From Phaeosaccion multiseriatum (taxonomy: Eukaryota > Protista > Ochrophyta, other classes), in contig OZ218952.1 of NCBI GenBank assembly GCA_965112735.1, forward strand, positions 124,001 through 188,000: a DNA stretch of 64,000 nt, read 5' to 3'. The translations under genes were made by a program, and so were the position numbers. Shown one piece after another: positions 13,744 to 27,985 of this stretch; position 1 is the stretch's first letter, and each line of letters begins with the position of its first letter. Below the pieces are notes generated by a model. The model was not told the DNA's origin. It ran no database searches and saw nothing but the letters and a program-made list of their open reading frames with translations.

Positions 13744-15613
13744 TCAACCGGTCTCGACGGCGTCCACGACGGGCTTGAAAATGTTAAAGCCGTCTGCTGC
13801 GGTGCTCATAATCGCGCCTGGTATTTGGGGATGGAAGTGCAGCTCTTTGATGTTCTGCTGGCCCATGTGCGCGAACAGCAGCTGCGGGGGAACGTCGCTG
13901 AGGCCTTGGGCCTGATCCTGCGCCTCATCCGCCTCCACGGACAGGTCCCACACAGTGAGCTGGTCATCGGCTCCAGACACAGCAAGCATGGACTCGTCAT
14001 TCGGATGCCACTCCACGCTCGTAATGGCCTCGGTGTGCCACTTGAATTGCGCCAAGGGAACCGGCTTGCTCTTGGAAAAGCTCCTCAGATCCCAAATCTT
14101 GAATACCCCTTCGTCCCCCCCGCTCACGAGCAAGTACGTCACATTTGGGTTCCAGGACAGGACATTGACGTCCGCATCATGCGCCTCCACGCTGAGCATC
14201 GAGTTGCTCTGTTGTGGTTTCGAGGTGGGTGGAGCGCGATGGGGTTACCAATCTAAGAAGAAGAAAGAAGAACGGTTCTCTCTCTTACCTTCTTTCTCGT
14301 GTCCCATATACGCACAGTCTTGTCTGCCGAAGCAGAAGCAAACACCGTTTTCTCAGATGCACTCCAAGCAATGTCCTCCACACTAGCAGTATGGCCAACG
14401 AAAGGCACCGTATCCGGCTGCCATGTGCCTCCTTCTGCGGGATGTGTCTGATAAATGTACTTGGCACAATCCCCCGTGAGCAGCTGCCCCTCCTCAGTCG
14501 GGCTCCACGCCACGGCAAAGCCCTCCTCAGGGTGCCCAGAGAAGGTGTACAGAGGTCGGACCTGCGAACTCCTAGAGCCCCCTCTCTCTAAAGACGCGAG
14601 CTGTGGACTTAAATCCCAGAGGTGCACGTCGCCCGTGTCTGCCCAACTTGCGACCTGAGAAGGGAAGGAGGGCAGCGCACCCCTGTGTGAGAGACCTGCA
14701 TCTTGGGGTTTGCGAAAAGGGAAGTGCTGCTGTACTTACAATCCCGGGCCGCTGGGGCATGCATCGAACACGATTCACCCCCCCTCTGTGGGGTACATTG
14801 ATGTGCTCCAACAGGGGGTCGTCCTCCACGTCGTCATCATCCTCTTCCTCATCACTATCGTCGTCGGGTGAGTTCCTAGTCTTGCACAGCTGCGACAGCT
14901 TCATCACTGTCAGCTTGTTGAGATCCGACCGCTCGGCCTGTATATTCGTCACCCAACAAAGAGGTTAGCAAGCCTGCATGTGACATGTCGCATATACACA
15001 CACACGCACACACCTGTGTCCCCGCGATGGCAAACATGGTGTGCGGGAAGCGGGACCGATTCACGCCCAGGCTGTCAGTGGCAATGTCGAAGCTGAGGCA
15101 CGGCCATTCCGGGCGTATGCAGTGGTACATATGGTAAGCACTTGGGTCGAACTGCAGCTCCTCTCCTTCCGCCAGCTTGTCAATACCTGGCCGCCAAACC
15201 TTGTTAGGCGGACCACTCGAGCCCTCGGCCTCCCCCTTCCCCCCCTCCCCTCCTTCCTCTTCCTCCTCCTCCTCCTCCTCCTCCTCCTCCCCATCCTCCT
15301 CCTCTCCCTCATCTACTTGATCCATCTGCACGTCGTCTTCGTCTTCCACCTCGTCCCCAAAGGGATCCTCAAAGCGCAAGTCATCCGCCTCGCCTGCCTC
15401 CTGCTGTGCCCCTCCCGGCCCTCGCTTCCTTGCTCCCTCGGCAGTCGTCGCCGGCTCAGCAGAGTCGTCGGCGGTGGCAGCAGACTCATCACGGATCCGC
15501 TTCTTCGCCGCTGGAGGGGGGTTGCTGCTGCTGCTGCTGCTGCTTCTGGCTTCCTCCCCCTTAGCACCCTTCTTGGCCTTGGCTTTGGCCGGGTTCTTTG
15601 ACCTCTTCCCCAT
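13744..15613 (-). CDS. GRWD1: Glutamate-rich WD40 ribosome assembly factor GRWD1/Rrb1
   Basis: FEDPFGDE, acidic tract, WRPG...LQFDPSAY, WPCLSFD, HRGGVNRVR, SVEDIAWS, PPQLLFAHMGQ...KELHFHPQIPG. Confidence 0.95.
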
Positions 15614-15678
15614 GATGGCTGGACCGGAAGGCTCAAGAAGCCAGCCACAACGAGGACATTTTGAGCCGCAGATCAATG

Positions 15679-15716
15679 GTAAGTCAACGATCGTTGACAT
15701 ATACATCGTTGACTTA
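15679..15716. promoter_or_regulatory. Palindromic GTCAACGAT/ATCGTTGAC cluster in the GRWD1/DNAAF2 bidirectional promoter
   Basis: Perfect 16-bp palindrome GTCAACGATCGTTGAC at 15683-15698; 12-bp inverted repeat TAAGTCAACGAT (15680-15691) / ATCGTTGACTTA (15705-15716). Confidence 0.55.
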
Positions 15717-15792
15717 TGGCTAAGCGGTTGCGCCCCACCATCCAGGCTCCCTTACTTGCCAGCCATCACGGGACAAAACAAGTGGGGTAACA

Positions 15793-18147
15793 ATGGACAT
15801 GAGCGAGATGCTCGAAAGGATCATGGCGGAGAAGGGCCAGCAGAAGGATGCGGGGTTGGACCTGTCCACAGAGGTGAGGAGGGCTCAGAGGATGTGCGGT
15901 GTGTCAGCCTGAACGTTACACAGAAACAAGACAAATCCTCTACCCCTGTGTGATCACGCTCACACCGCTGACAGTACTTGAAACCTCCTTAATGCCTTGA
16001 AATATCTGCTGAACTCGCTCCCTACTCCGCAGGAAGTTGATCGATTCCGAACGGCTTTCAAGGACAAAGAGTTTCAGACCATGATGGCCGAGTACATGGA
16101 GGAGATTGGGAATCCAGCGTCTAGAGCAGAGAACGAGGCCTACATTTCGCAGCTAGAGAGGGAGGATAAGGTGAGCCCCCTGCGGTTGTGCTGGACACAG
16201 TTTGATGAAGCTCACACTACTCACAACGCGCCCCCGGTTGCCTCGATGTTGTAGGTTCCGCAAGGAAAGAAGCTTGTTCGTCCCAAGCCGGGATTCGTAG
16301 TCAAGACCAAGTTTAAAAAGGCGACTGCAGGTGCTGGAGACGAGTGGGACAAGCTCTTTATCAATTGTGTGGAGAGTGGTGCAATCGAGAAGCCCACGAG
16401 TACGCCCGCACGAGGGGGACAGCAGTGGTCTCTGCCTCACGCTGCTGGTCCATTGAGGATGGAGAAGGATAAGAAGGGTGCCAACACTACCGCGTTTGAC
16501 GTGTGCTTTCACCCAGACGCGCTGGCCATGGGCAAGAGGTCCAAGGACTTTAATGACTTGGTGGTAACCAGTGCCTTGGAGGTGGTGGAAAGAGCCTACG
16601 AGAGCGCTTCCGGGATCGCTATCCAGGTGGAGCGAAAGTACCACGTGCTCCAAGGAGTAGCATACAAATCAGGGGAGCCGTCGACCATATTAATGTCGGC
16701 AGAGCCTCCCAAAAAGAATGCGCTGACGCCTCCGAAACGTGCACCGAAAACGACAGTTCCCAACCCTGCTGCACCTCTCCCAGAACCTGCAGGAGCAGCG
16801 GAGGCAGCAGCAGCACTACCACCAAAAGCAGTAGTACCGCCAGCAGCATTAGTACCCCCAGCACCAGCACCAGCACCAGCAGGAGCAGCAGCAGCAGTAG
16901 CAGCAGGAGCAGTAGCAGTAGCAGCGTCATCGCCCCCACCAGCAGCTGAGGAACAGAAGAAGCCAAGCACTAGGTACACAATCGTTGAGCGGGGTTTGTT
17001 CCAACTCGGGGACCACATGCAAGAGAGAGATATGCAGCCTGTGGCGAAGCGCCCCACCGAGCTTGCAGTCCGAATTTCGCTGCCAGCCGAGGTGAAAAGG
17101 GCCTCGGAACTAGTCCTCGACATTGCGGAGAGAAAGCTCAAGCTCTCAATAGCGGCAGCGAAGAGTGGCAATGGACAAGAAGAGGATTATGTGAGTATAA
17201 ATTTACCGTACCCGGTTGTGGACACGCTCGGCAAGGCCAAGTTTGACAAGACGAAGAAAGTCTTAGTCGTCACCCTGCCGGTGAAGCCCCCCGTGGTGTT
17301 GCGAAAAGTCTTTACAGAACCCGCCCCCCAGGAAAGCCAAGATGAGGGAGAGGACAACGAGCAGAGCGACGGAGGTGCCCACACCGCAGGGCAGGAGACA
17401 CAGGCCACACACGCTTCTGATGAGGATTCGGTTGACCATACCCGATGGGTCAGCGGCTTTCCCAAGGGGGAGAACTTTGACTTCAAGGACAGACCGTTAC
17501 CCGTGGAGTCCACTCCTGCGGCTCCTTCGACGGGTCAGGCACAGGAGGAGAGCCAGCCGGATTCTGAGGAGCAGCAGCATGTGCTGCAGATCCAGAAGCT
17601 AGCCTCCGACAAGGCGGACTTTATTCCAGCCTTGACGTTCGTTGGCGCGCAGGCGGGCTACTGCTTCAAGCTTGGCGACGAAGGGCTTGGCTACTATGTA
17701 GACGACGTTGCCCAAAAGCGAGACAAGTCAGAAGTACACTCTCCTGAGCTGCAGTGGCTTCAGACGGACAGCTGTGTTACGTTGATGGTTCAAGTGCCAA
17801 ATATTAACCCGCAGAGCGTGGTCGTCAAGTGGGGGCAAGGCAGAGCGGTGTCGTCGACCTTTGCGACGCATGACGGGGCTACACACACTTTCGAGCAAAG
17901 TCTGTTTGGGGAAATAGACCCCAGCAAGTGCAGGTACGATGTGGCGTCAAAGAACATGGTCATGGTCATGTACAAGGCAGAAAAGACGTACTGGGAGTCG
18001 CTGGGGGCGTCGGAGGGTGCTACCCCCCCCGCACTTGAGCAACGCAAAGAAGCAGCAGTCAAAACTCTATCCACTCCAGAGAAGAGCCTAGCCGTTGAGC
18101 CGACCGCTGTGGCCTTTAAGAATGACTTCATCTATGATTTGGATTGA
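15793..18147 (+). CDS. DNAAF2: Kintoun / dynein axonemal assembly factor 2 (PIH1 + CS domains)
   Basis: EVDRFRTAFKDKEFQTMMAEY..EI.NP..RAENEAYI.QLE, PKPGFVVKT, KLFINC, WSLPH, FDVCFHP, AKFDKTKKVLVVTLPV; C-terminal CS domain; two 5' introns. Confidence 0.88.
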
Positions 18148-18174
18148 GGAAAGCCAAATTAATTTTAAATAGAC

Positions 18175-19872
18175 CTACTGCGTCACCTGCTTCGCTACCC
18201 ACTCGAAGGGCAACACCTTAATTTCAGCAATGGCTCCCAGCTTATTCTCCAGCTTTACGACTGCCTTGCTCGAGGGCGAAACCCCACCACTCGACACTAT
18301 ACCTTCTAAACCAATCATCCGACCCGTTTTGCCCTTGTCGGGTCCATAGATGAGCAGCACACTATCTTTGATCCTGGGAGGGTCCCGGGACGGCGGCACG
18401 AAGACAAGCGTCTTATCAGACACTCCGAGGTAGAACTTTGCCGTGGAAGTGATGGGGTCGTATGTTTCGTACAGATTCCCAGCTTTCAGGTAACGATCGT
18501 AGGCTACTGACATTGCTGAGAAGGCGGACTCCGCCTTTCGCATTGGGGGGGGTGGGGGGGGGGGGGGTGGAAGGAATTCGCTACGTAAACAAGACAGGGA
18601 GCGTCATTCGGAGAAGTCAAAAGCACCTTACCTCTTTGCTGTCCTTGTTTTCGGTGGCCCGCTTTAGTCGCTCTACTGCTCCAAAGAATCTCCCCACCTC
18701 GTAACGCAGACTAACCCGAGTGTTGGTGTCGACTGGGTCATCTGAGGGGAAGGCCGCGTCTGTATACTTGGTGAAGACCGGGACCAAACTCCGAAACGCG
18801 TTGGGATACGTGGCCACAAGCTGCGCAAGTTGGCGGGAAGTTTCAAGAAGGGAAACGTCAGCCTATTTTGTTCTTCGACACACGGCCCGGCGGCGTGTAT
18901 GTACGCACCTCCCACTCCTCGTTGTACACGTCTTGCTGAAGTTCGTCCATCATCTGCGCGATAGGCAAACATGAATACATATGTATGGTTTGAGGGACAT
19001 TAGTCGCCCCCAAGAGAGAGTTGGAGGGGAAATCAAACGCACCTTAGCTGCCCTCCGCAGCTTGTCACCAAAGCGAGATCGGAGCGCGTCCGGTCCTCCT
19101 AAATTGACGGCTGAGGCGAGCTGGGGAAGTGCCAAGGCGGAGAGGGTGGCCCCCGCACGGATAATACTCTTCTGCAAGGCAGACCGCCGACTTACAGGCT
19201 CCTGCCCACTTTCGCTCAACACATCGCCCCCCTCTTCCGAACTGAGTCGAGCGCTGCTCCACCTGAAACTTAGAGAGCGACTCCGCTGCTGTTGCTGTTG
19301 CTGCTGCTGCTGCTGCTGCCACTGTTGCTGCTGCCGACTCTGCAGGCACGTGGGGCCAAATGCAGCCTGAAATCCGTGTGAATCTGGATATATGGATATA
19401 TGGGGGAATGCAATAAAAAGAGGTGTCAGTCAGTGTGCAAAGAGACGAGCGTGGACAGAGATAGAGAACAAGGGGGCATGACAGCGCGGGAAACCCATGG
19501 ATAAACACTCCAGACAAGAGAGTAAGGGTCTGTGAGCAAGAGAGCGGGTGTGGGTGAGTAAGAACGGAGCCCTCTGAGGCGTTCGAGTAGGAACGGAGAT
19601 GAGAGATTCTGGGGCCGTGAGGGAAGGTTTGAAGGCCATGAGAGAAGGTTTTAAGGCCGTGAGGGACAGAAGGGCTGCTAGAGAAGGGTTTAAGGCTGCC
19701 AAGGATCCATGCTGGGCCATGAGGGAAGGCTTAAGGGCCGTTTTGTACATGTACGGCGGTGGGGGGGGGAAAGGGAGGGGTGAGTCAGTGAAGACCCATA
19801 CTCACACGCACCTTGGACAAAAAGCAGTGATACTACACAGGCACACAGTGCTGCTGCTCTCCCCTGCACCAT
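18175..19872 (-). CDS. Plastid (probably thylakoid-lumen) targeted conserved algal protein with C-terminal KOW/SH3-like domain
   Basis: Signal peptide exon MVQGRAAALCACVVSLLFVQ spliced to DSHG-FQAAF; twin-Arg SRRSAL...ALALPQLASA; C-terminal VLLIYGPDKGKTGRMIG...AVVKL...IKVLP. Confidence 0.7.
19597..19741. repeat. Degenerate 21-bp minisatellite in intron 1
   Basis: Units of GAGRGAAGGTTTNAAGGCCRT, about 6-7 diverged copies. Confidence 0.8.
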
Positions 19873-20027
19873 CTCTCTATGCACGTTGGTAGCTCGTTTA
19901 AAGCTGTGGGTGTATTGCATGTGTAATGCATGCGTGTAGAGCAGAATCACAGATGGTGACGTTTTGTTGACTTTTGCTCGGGATGCTACTTTACTTTATC
20001 AACGAGAGAGAGAGAGAGGAGAGATAT

Positions 20028-21816
20028 ATGGCTCCTCCAAACTTGCTGGGGCTAACAGCCTTTGTGCTCACCCTACAGTCTCTCTTCGCGGAGGGATCCT
20101 GTTTCCAACTCCCCACAAAACGTGCCAGCGCCTGGGGGAAAGTGCAGGGGGGCAGGACTCCAGCAACACGGAGAGCGGCCAGCAATAACCTGTTTTCCTT
20201 CTTTCAGCGGCCAAAAGTACAGGCTGCAAAAGATACAGAAATTGTTGTGATTGGAGCTGGTATATCGGGATTGGTTTGCGCTCGAAAGCTGTGTTCAGCA
20301 GGGTATGATGTGCAGCTGGTCGAAGCATCGGACGGCGTGGGAGGAAGGGTGCGGACGGACGAGTACAAGGGCTTTCTGCTCGACAGGGGGTTTCAGGTGT
20401 TCATCGAGGGTTATCCTGCAGTCCGGGAGGAGCTTGACTACGATGCCCTTCGGCTCAAGCCCTTTCTGCCTGGGGCGCTGGTGCGGACCGAAGGAGGGCT
20501 CCACTTGGTAGCCGACCCTTTCCGGCGACCTGGTGACCTGCTACCTGCGTTGCTAGCGCCCGTCGGGACACTAGTTGATAAGGTCAAGGTCGGATTGTAC
20601 AGAGTTTACATGACCTTCAAGCCTGTAGAGGCGATTCTCAGCGACCCAGAGTACACCACATCAGCTTTCCTGCGTGAGCGGCTCTTGGGAGGCCTAGGGG
20701 AGGGCCTTGTGCAGAAATTCTTTACCCCTTTCTATTCGGGCATCTTCTTGGCCCCCCTCGAAGAGCAGTCCAGCAATTTGTTTGAGTTCGTGTTCAAGGT
20801 ACGTGGTAAAGATGCTCTGATTGCGTGGCTGCTTTGTTTGTTCACGTCATGGTCCCTTGGTAATGGGCTGTACCACTGCTGCTGCTCTGGTTGCTACTGC
20901 TGCAGATGTTCAGTATAGGCTCTGCTTCTTTGCCCCAAGGCGGCATTGGCAAGGTACGACTCAAGTCCTCTCGAGTGGCAGGCATGGTCAAGGAGAGTCC
21001 ATCTCTCACCCCCCATGTGCTCTCCTTTGGCAGGTGACACAGCAGTTGGCAAGCGACATACCCGAGGGAGTCGTCTCGCTCAACAATGGCGTGGTAAAGA
21101 TGGAGAAGCTTGAGAACCGCGTCGGCCTCACGCTGGCAGATGGACAGAAGCTTCGCGCCAAGGCAGCGGTGGTGGCGACTGACGGGCCGGCCGCTTGTCG
21201 ACTACTGGCAGAGAGTAAGGGCTTTGACGCCAAGTCAGAAGCCGTCGAGCCTCCCCTCGGACGTGCGTCCACCTGTGTCTACTTGGGTCTCCCGGCTGCT
21301 CCTCCGGTTGACTCGATTCTCGTTCTCAACGGAGAAGGGTGTAGTCCAGAGAAGCCCGTCAACAACATATGTTTCCTAGAAGACGCCTACGCCCCGCCTG
21401 GGCGGAGTCTCTGCTCCGTAACGGTTGTGGGCAACCCGCCTGACAACGATGCAGAGGTTAGTCCTGCTTTTCCGCTGGGCAAAGCTGTCTCCTCTTTGCT
21501 CACCAAGGGCCTTGGCCTTTTCTGGCACTGCTCCCTGCCCCCCCTACCCCCCTCCCCCCAATAGCTCGTGGAGAAGGTCAGACGACAACTGCAGGAGTGG
21601 TTTCCGCTGGTCGACGTTGGTGCCTGGGAGTACCTTCGAACATATCGAATCAACTTCGCCCAGCCCGCTCAGAACCCGCCGACCACTTCTTCCAAAAGCC
21701 TCTCCCTGGGCGAGGGCGTTTTCTGTTGTGGCGACCACAGGAGCTCGCCAACCCTCAACGGAGCTGTAGCCTCTGGACAGGCTGTCGCGCAACAAGTCAT
21801 TGAAAGCCTGTCGTAA
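20028..21816 (+). CDS. Plastid-targeted FAD-dependent amine oxidase / protoporphyrinogen-oxidase-like flavoprotein
   Basis: Signal ending GSC-F; VIGAGISGL..A (Rossmann); EASDGVGGRVRTD, LDRGFQVF; C-terminal CGDH.SSPTLNGAVASG. Confidence 0.88.
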
Positions 21817-21847
21817 GATGAAAGACCTTTTCAAAACACACTCAACA

Positions 21848-24359
<2,512 letters not shown>

Positions 24360-24526
24360 CAAAAAAGGGGGAGGTGAAAAAGTAAAGAAATTGACTGTAA
24401 GTCAACGAAATCGATGTTGCCCCTCCCCTCCTCCTCTCGGCTCTCCTCCCCCCCCCAGAAAACAAACACTACGTTGTAGAGTGAGTTGGTAGGCCGGAGA
24501 GGCTATTGAAATAGGTCTGTACAGCC

Positions 24527-25737
24527 ATGGCGGCGTGTCCGTCCTTCCTCCAAGTGCCTCTGAGCAAACAAACGGAGATGATTGAGGCTGGGAGGCGCGT
24601 TACGGAAGCCATGGTTCATTTCATGAGAGAGCAATGCTTGATGGACGAGAGGGCTGCCCATGCTCACCATAAGACGTCGAGGGTGGCTGTGGAGAGCGAG
24701 ATTCCAAGATCCAGCCTCCAGGTGAGTGGACCCCTCCCAAGTGCGGTGGAGAGAGACAGAAAGTCCTGTAACAGCGTCTTTCTTTGCAGGCCGGGCTCTC
24801 GAGCTTGCTTGAGCTTTCGCTGGGGGCGGGCAAGCACCATGCCCAGTGTGCGGCCCGACTGAGGGATGAGTGCACTCTGCAGCTGGAGCAGGCCATGGCG
24901 AATCAAGGGGATCGAGTGATGCGCGCCAAGCTGAGCGTCCAGAGATGCATCAATGCGGCCGTCGAGGCGGAGGAAAGGCACGCCAAGGTAGGTGGGAAAG
25001 CGGATCCAGACTCTCACTTTTTTGTGCCTGAATGCGCCTACTGGGAGAGAGGGGCCGACGCCGAGTGTGGTGGGTGTCCGTTGGCAGCTCACCCCGGCCA
25101 GCAAGCAGTATGCTGCCACTGTCCCCGCTCTTTCTCTCAATCGACTCGCCCGCCTTACCTCCAGATGAAACGAAAGCTCTTACAGGTGGCTCAGGAAGAA
25201 GACGCTATGAAAACTGTGCTCAGTCGCTTGCAGGCTGGGAACCAGCGTATTGCGAAAAACGAATTGGAGCGCGTTCACGACAAAGTTCTGAAGCTGCGCG
25301 AGCGTCGATCGAGAATGGACGGAGAGATTGAGCTTTCTCGAGCCAAGCTGTTCGAAGCAATATGTAGAAGAGATTCAGCGTTGCGCTCTGCTAGTCAGGA
25401 GTTTGAGGCCAGCGAGAGGGAGAGAGCTGCCACTGTCTCCAGCGTCCTAAGGTGCTACCATCTCCATCGGCGAAATTTGCACGTTGCTCAGCTCGCAGCC
25501 TTGGACGATCTAGGCAAGGCTCTCGAGCTCGTGAACCCTGAGGAGGATGTGAACTTGACCATTGCCGATAATGTCCACCCGGACTACACCCATGCATATG
25601 GCAAGGCATTGTCTCTATTAGATTGGGCGTGGGGACTGAAGACGCAAGGTGGCGGTGACAGCAGTGGTGGGGGTGACGGCAGCGGTGGCAGTGGCGAAAC
25701 CACCGCCTCGCCCCGCGATCCCAGCAGCAGCAGTAGC

Positions 25738-25773
<36 letters not shown>

Positions 25774-26460
25774 GAGGAAGAAGAGAAGAAAGCAGTTGTT
25801 CCGACAAGCTTGCTCAAGCTGCTCAATTCGACTTGCGCCGAAGACGCGGGGCATCTCGTGGAGACCATCCTTCCTCTCCTCCCACACGCGCACGAAAGGG
25901 CTGCCCTCCACCGAATCCTTCACGAGCGCCGCAGCGAGTCAGGCGAGCTCAGCCGGGCAGCATTCGACGGTTTAGGTCGTGTGCTCGGGGCGCTGCTTGA
26001 TGCCTGCGAACGAGGCCAGGAGACGGACCAGTCGGTGCGCAGCGCACGGCAAGTCATGATTTTGGCCAACACTTTTTACACTACTGTGGACTCACCAGGG
26101 GAGGGCGACGACAAACGAGACTATCTTCAACAGGCTCTGAGCGGACACGCTTTGTGGCAGGGGCCAAACTTTTGGGAGAAGGTTTTGAAGTTTGGCGTCC
26201 AGGAGGTGCTCTCAGACGTGGCGCCAGAACAGGGCCGGTGGGACGATATGGGGCAGCAGGCAAGACGGGAAGCTGTTCTCTCCGTCCACAATTGCGTATT
26301 CTCTCAACTGGCGAGCATTGCCTTCAACATGATCGAGTACGGCTTCCCCAGGGGGGAGATTTTCCCCTTCATCGAGGCCAAGTGCAAGAAGAGCGAGCTC
26401 GGGGAGGACCAGGTCCTTGCACTGACCCGAGATGTTCACCACAGACTCTCGTCGGAATAG
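24527..26460 (+). CDS. Coiled-coil (BAR-like) protein with C-terminal SBF2/myotubularin-related helical domain
   Basis: Introns near 24722-24790 and 24988-25163; ILANTFY...YLQQAL..HALWQ..NFWE...VFSQLASIAFNM. Confidence 0.65.
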
Positions 26461-26524
26461 ATAGAACGTGTGTGTATATGGTATATCTACAAAGTACAAA
26501 GCCGCCTCGTGCGGCGCGTTTTCC

Positions 26525-27896
26525 TCACATTTCGAAGGTGCCCAGGTACTCCCGCGCCCCTTCTCCCCTGCCAGACATGGTCCTGGCTCGCCCGAATTTG
26601 ATATTGGCTTTGGACCGGATAGCCTTGATAGCTGCCACGATGCTCTCGGATTGCTCCTGTCCGCCCTTGTACAGCACCTCGCTCGCCCAAATACTGTTGA
26701 AGCCCAGGTCCCTCAACGCCCAGCACTCCTCAATCTCGTCGCATCCCTCATCGCTCCTCCTCTCCACCGTGGCTATGGAGTGGACACCCTCGGGGATGCT
26801 TTTCCACAAGGTTTTGGCCTCCTCCGCGGGCTTGCACACGTTGATTATGGTGGCCCCCGCCTCGACAGCCTTGCCAATCTCCTCCTCGGAGACCACGTCC
26901 AACACGGGCTCCATGCCAATGGCGTGTGCAAAGTCGATGAGCTCTTTGCATCGGCCCACTTCTTCTAAGATGCCCATTTGCAGCGTCACTCCTGCAGCTC
27001 CGAGATCCTTGGCCTCTGCGATTTGGAACTCGTCCACAACAATGTCCCTCACGATAATGTCCAGGGGGCCGGGGAAGTCCCCCGCGGCGCTTTGCTGCTC
27101 GGCCTTGAGATTGCGCACATCGTCGTGCGAGCAACCCCCAGTAACTTTATCCGTGGCTATGCACACGGCACTGGCGCCTCCCTTCCGAAACAAGGGACTC
27201 AAAAGCTCCGGCGCCAGCACACCCGCCACAAAACCAGACTTGAGGTTTCTGCGATACTCGGCGACGACCGACAGCGTCTTGTTCGGTTTGGTCAGCACCT
27301 TGGTGAGAACAGAGCAGCGCTTATCCCCACCAGCCTGGGCCAGACCATCTCGGAGATACTCCAACACCGGACTAGACGGTGCGTTTGCCTCCAGCTCTGC
27401 GCGCGCTTCAGCCACTTCCCTCTCCTTCGCCTGTTTGATGAGGCGAGCGATGGAGTGATGAAGAGTGCAGTTAAGGGGGGGGGTTGAGAGAGGAGCCGAG
27501 TGGGCGTGGGATTGAGGGTGCTTTCGTCTTACGAGGGAGGGGCGTGAGAGAGGAGTCGAGAGGGTGCGTGATCGAGGGTGCTTTCGTCCTTCGAGGGAAG
27601 GGGAAGAGTGTAGTTAAGGGGTGTGGGTGGAGAGAAGAGCCCAGTGGGTGAGTGACGGAGGCCGCTTTCGTGTTTAGCAGCAGCAGAGCAAAGCTTACCT
27701 TCTTGGCCATGCCCTTCAAAGCCATGCATAGTGAAGTGGCTGAGCCGCGGGCCCTGCCTCCCCTGCTGCTGCTGCTGCTGCTGCTGCCGCTACTCGCGGT
27801 GATACCAACGCCCGTGAAGGTGAAGCAGAATGAGCTCACTGCCACGTGCGCGAGCAGGAGGCCAGAGAGACAGGCTGCTGTCCTGGGACGCATCAT
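26525..27896 (-). CDS. Plastid-targeted indole-3-glycerol-phosphate-synthase-like TIM-barrel protein (degenerate)
   Basis: Signal VSS-F; VVAEYRR, IVRDIVVDEFQIAEAK.LGA.GVTL, AH.IGMEP.L.V.SEEE. Intron 27432-27698. Confidence 0.78.
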
Positions 27897-27985
27897 CCTG
27901 CTGCTCTACCACATGAATTTGAGGCAGGGAGCCTCTCAATTGACTTACGCAAAATAATGCGTTGTTGTCACATAAACAAAAAAAA

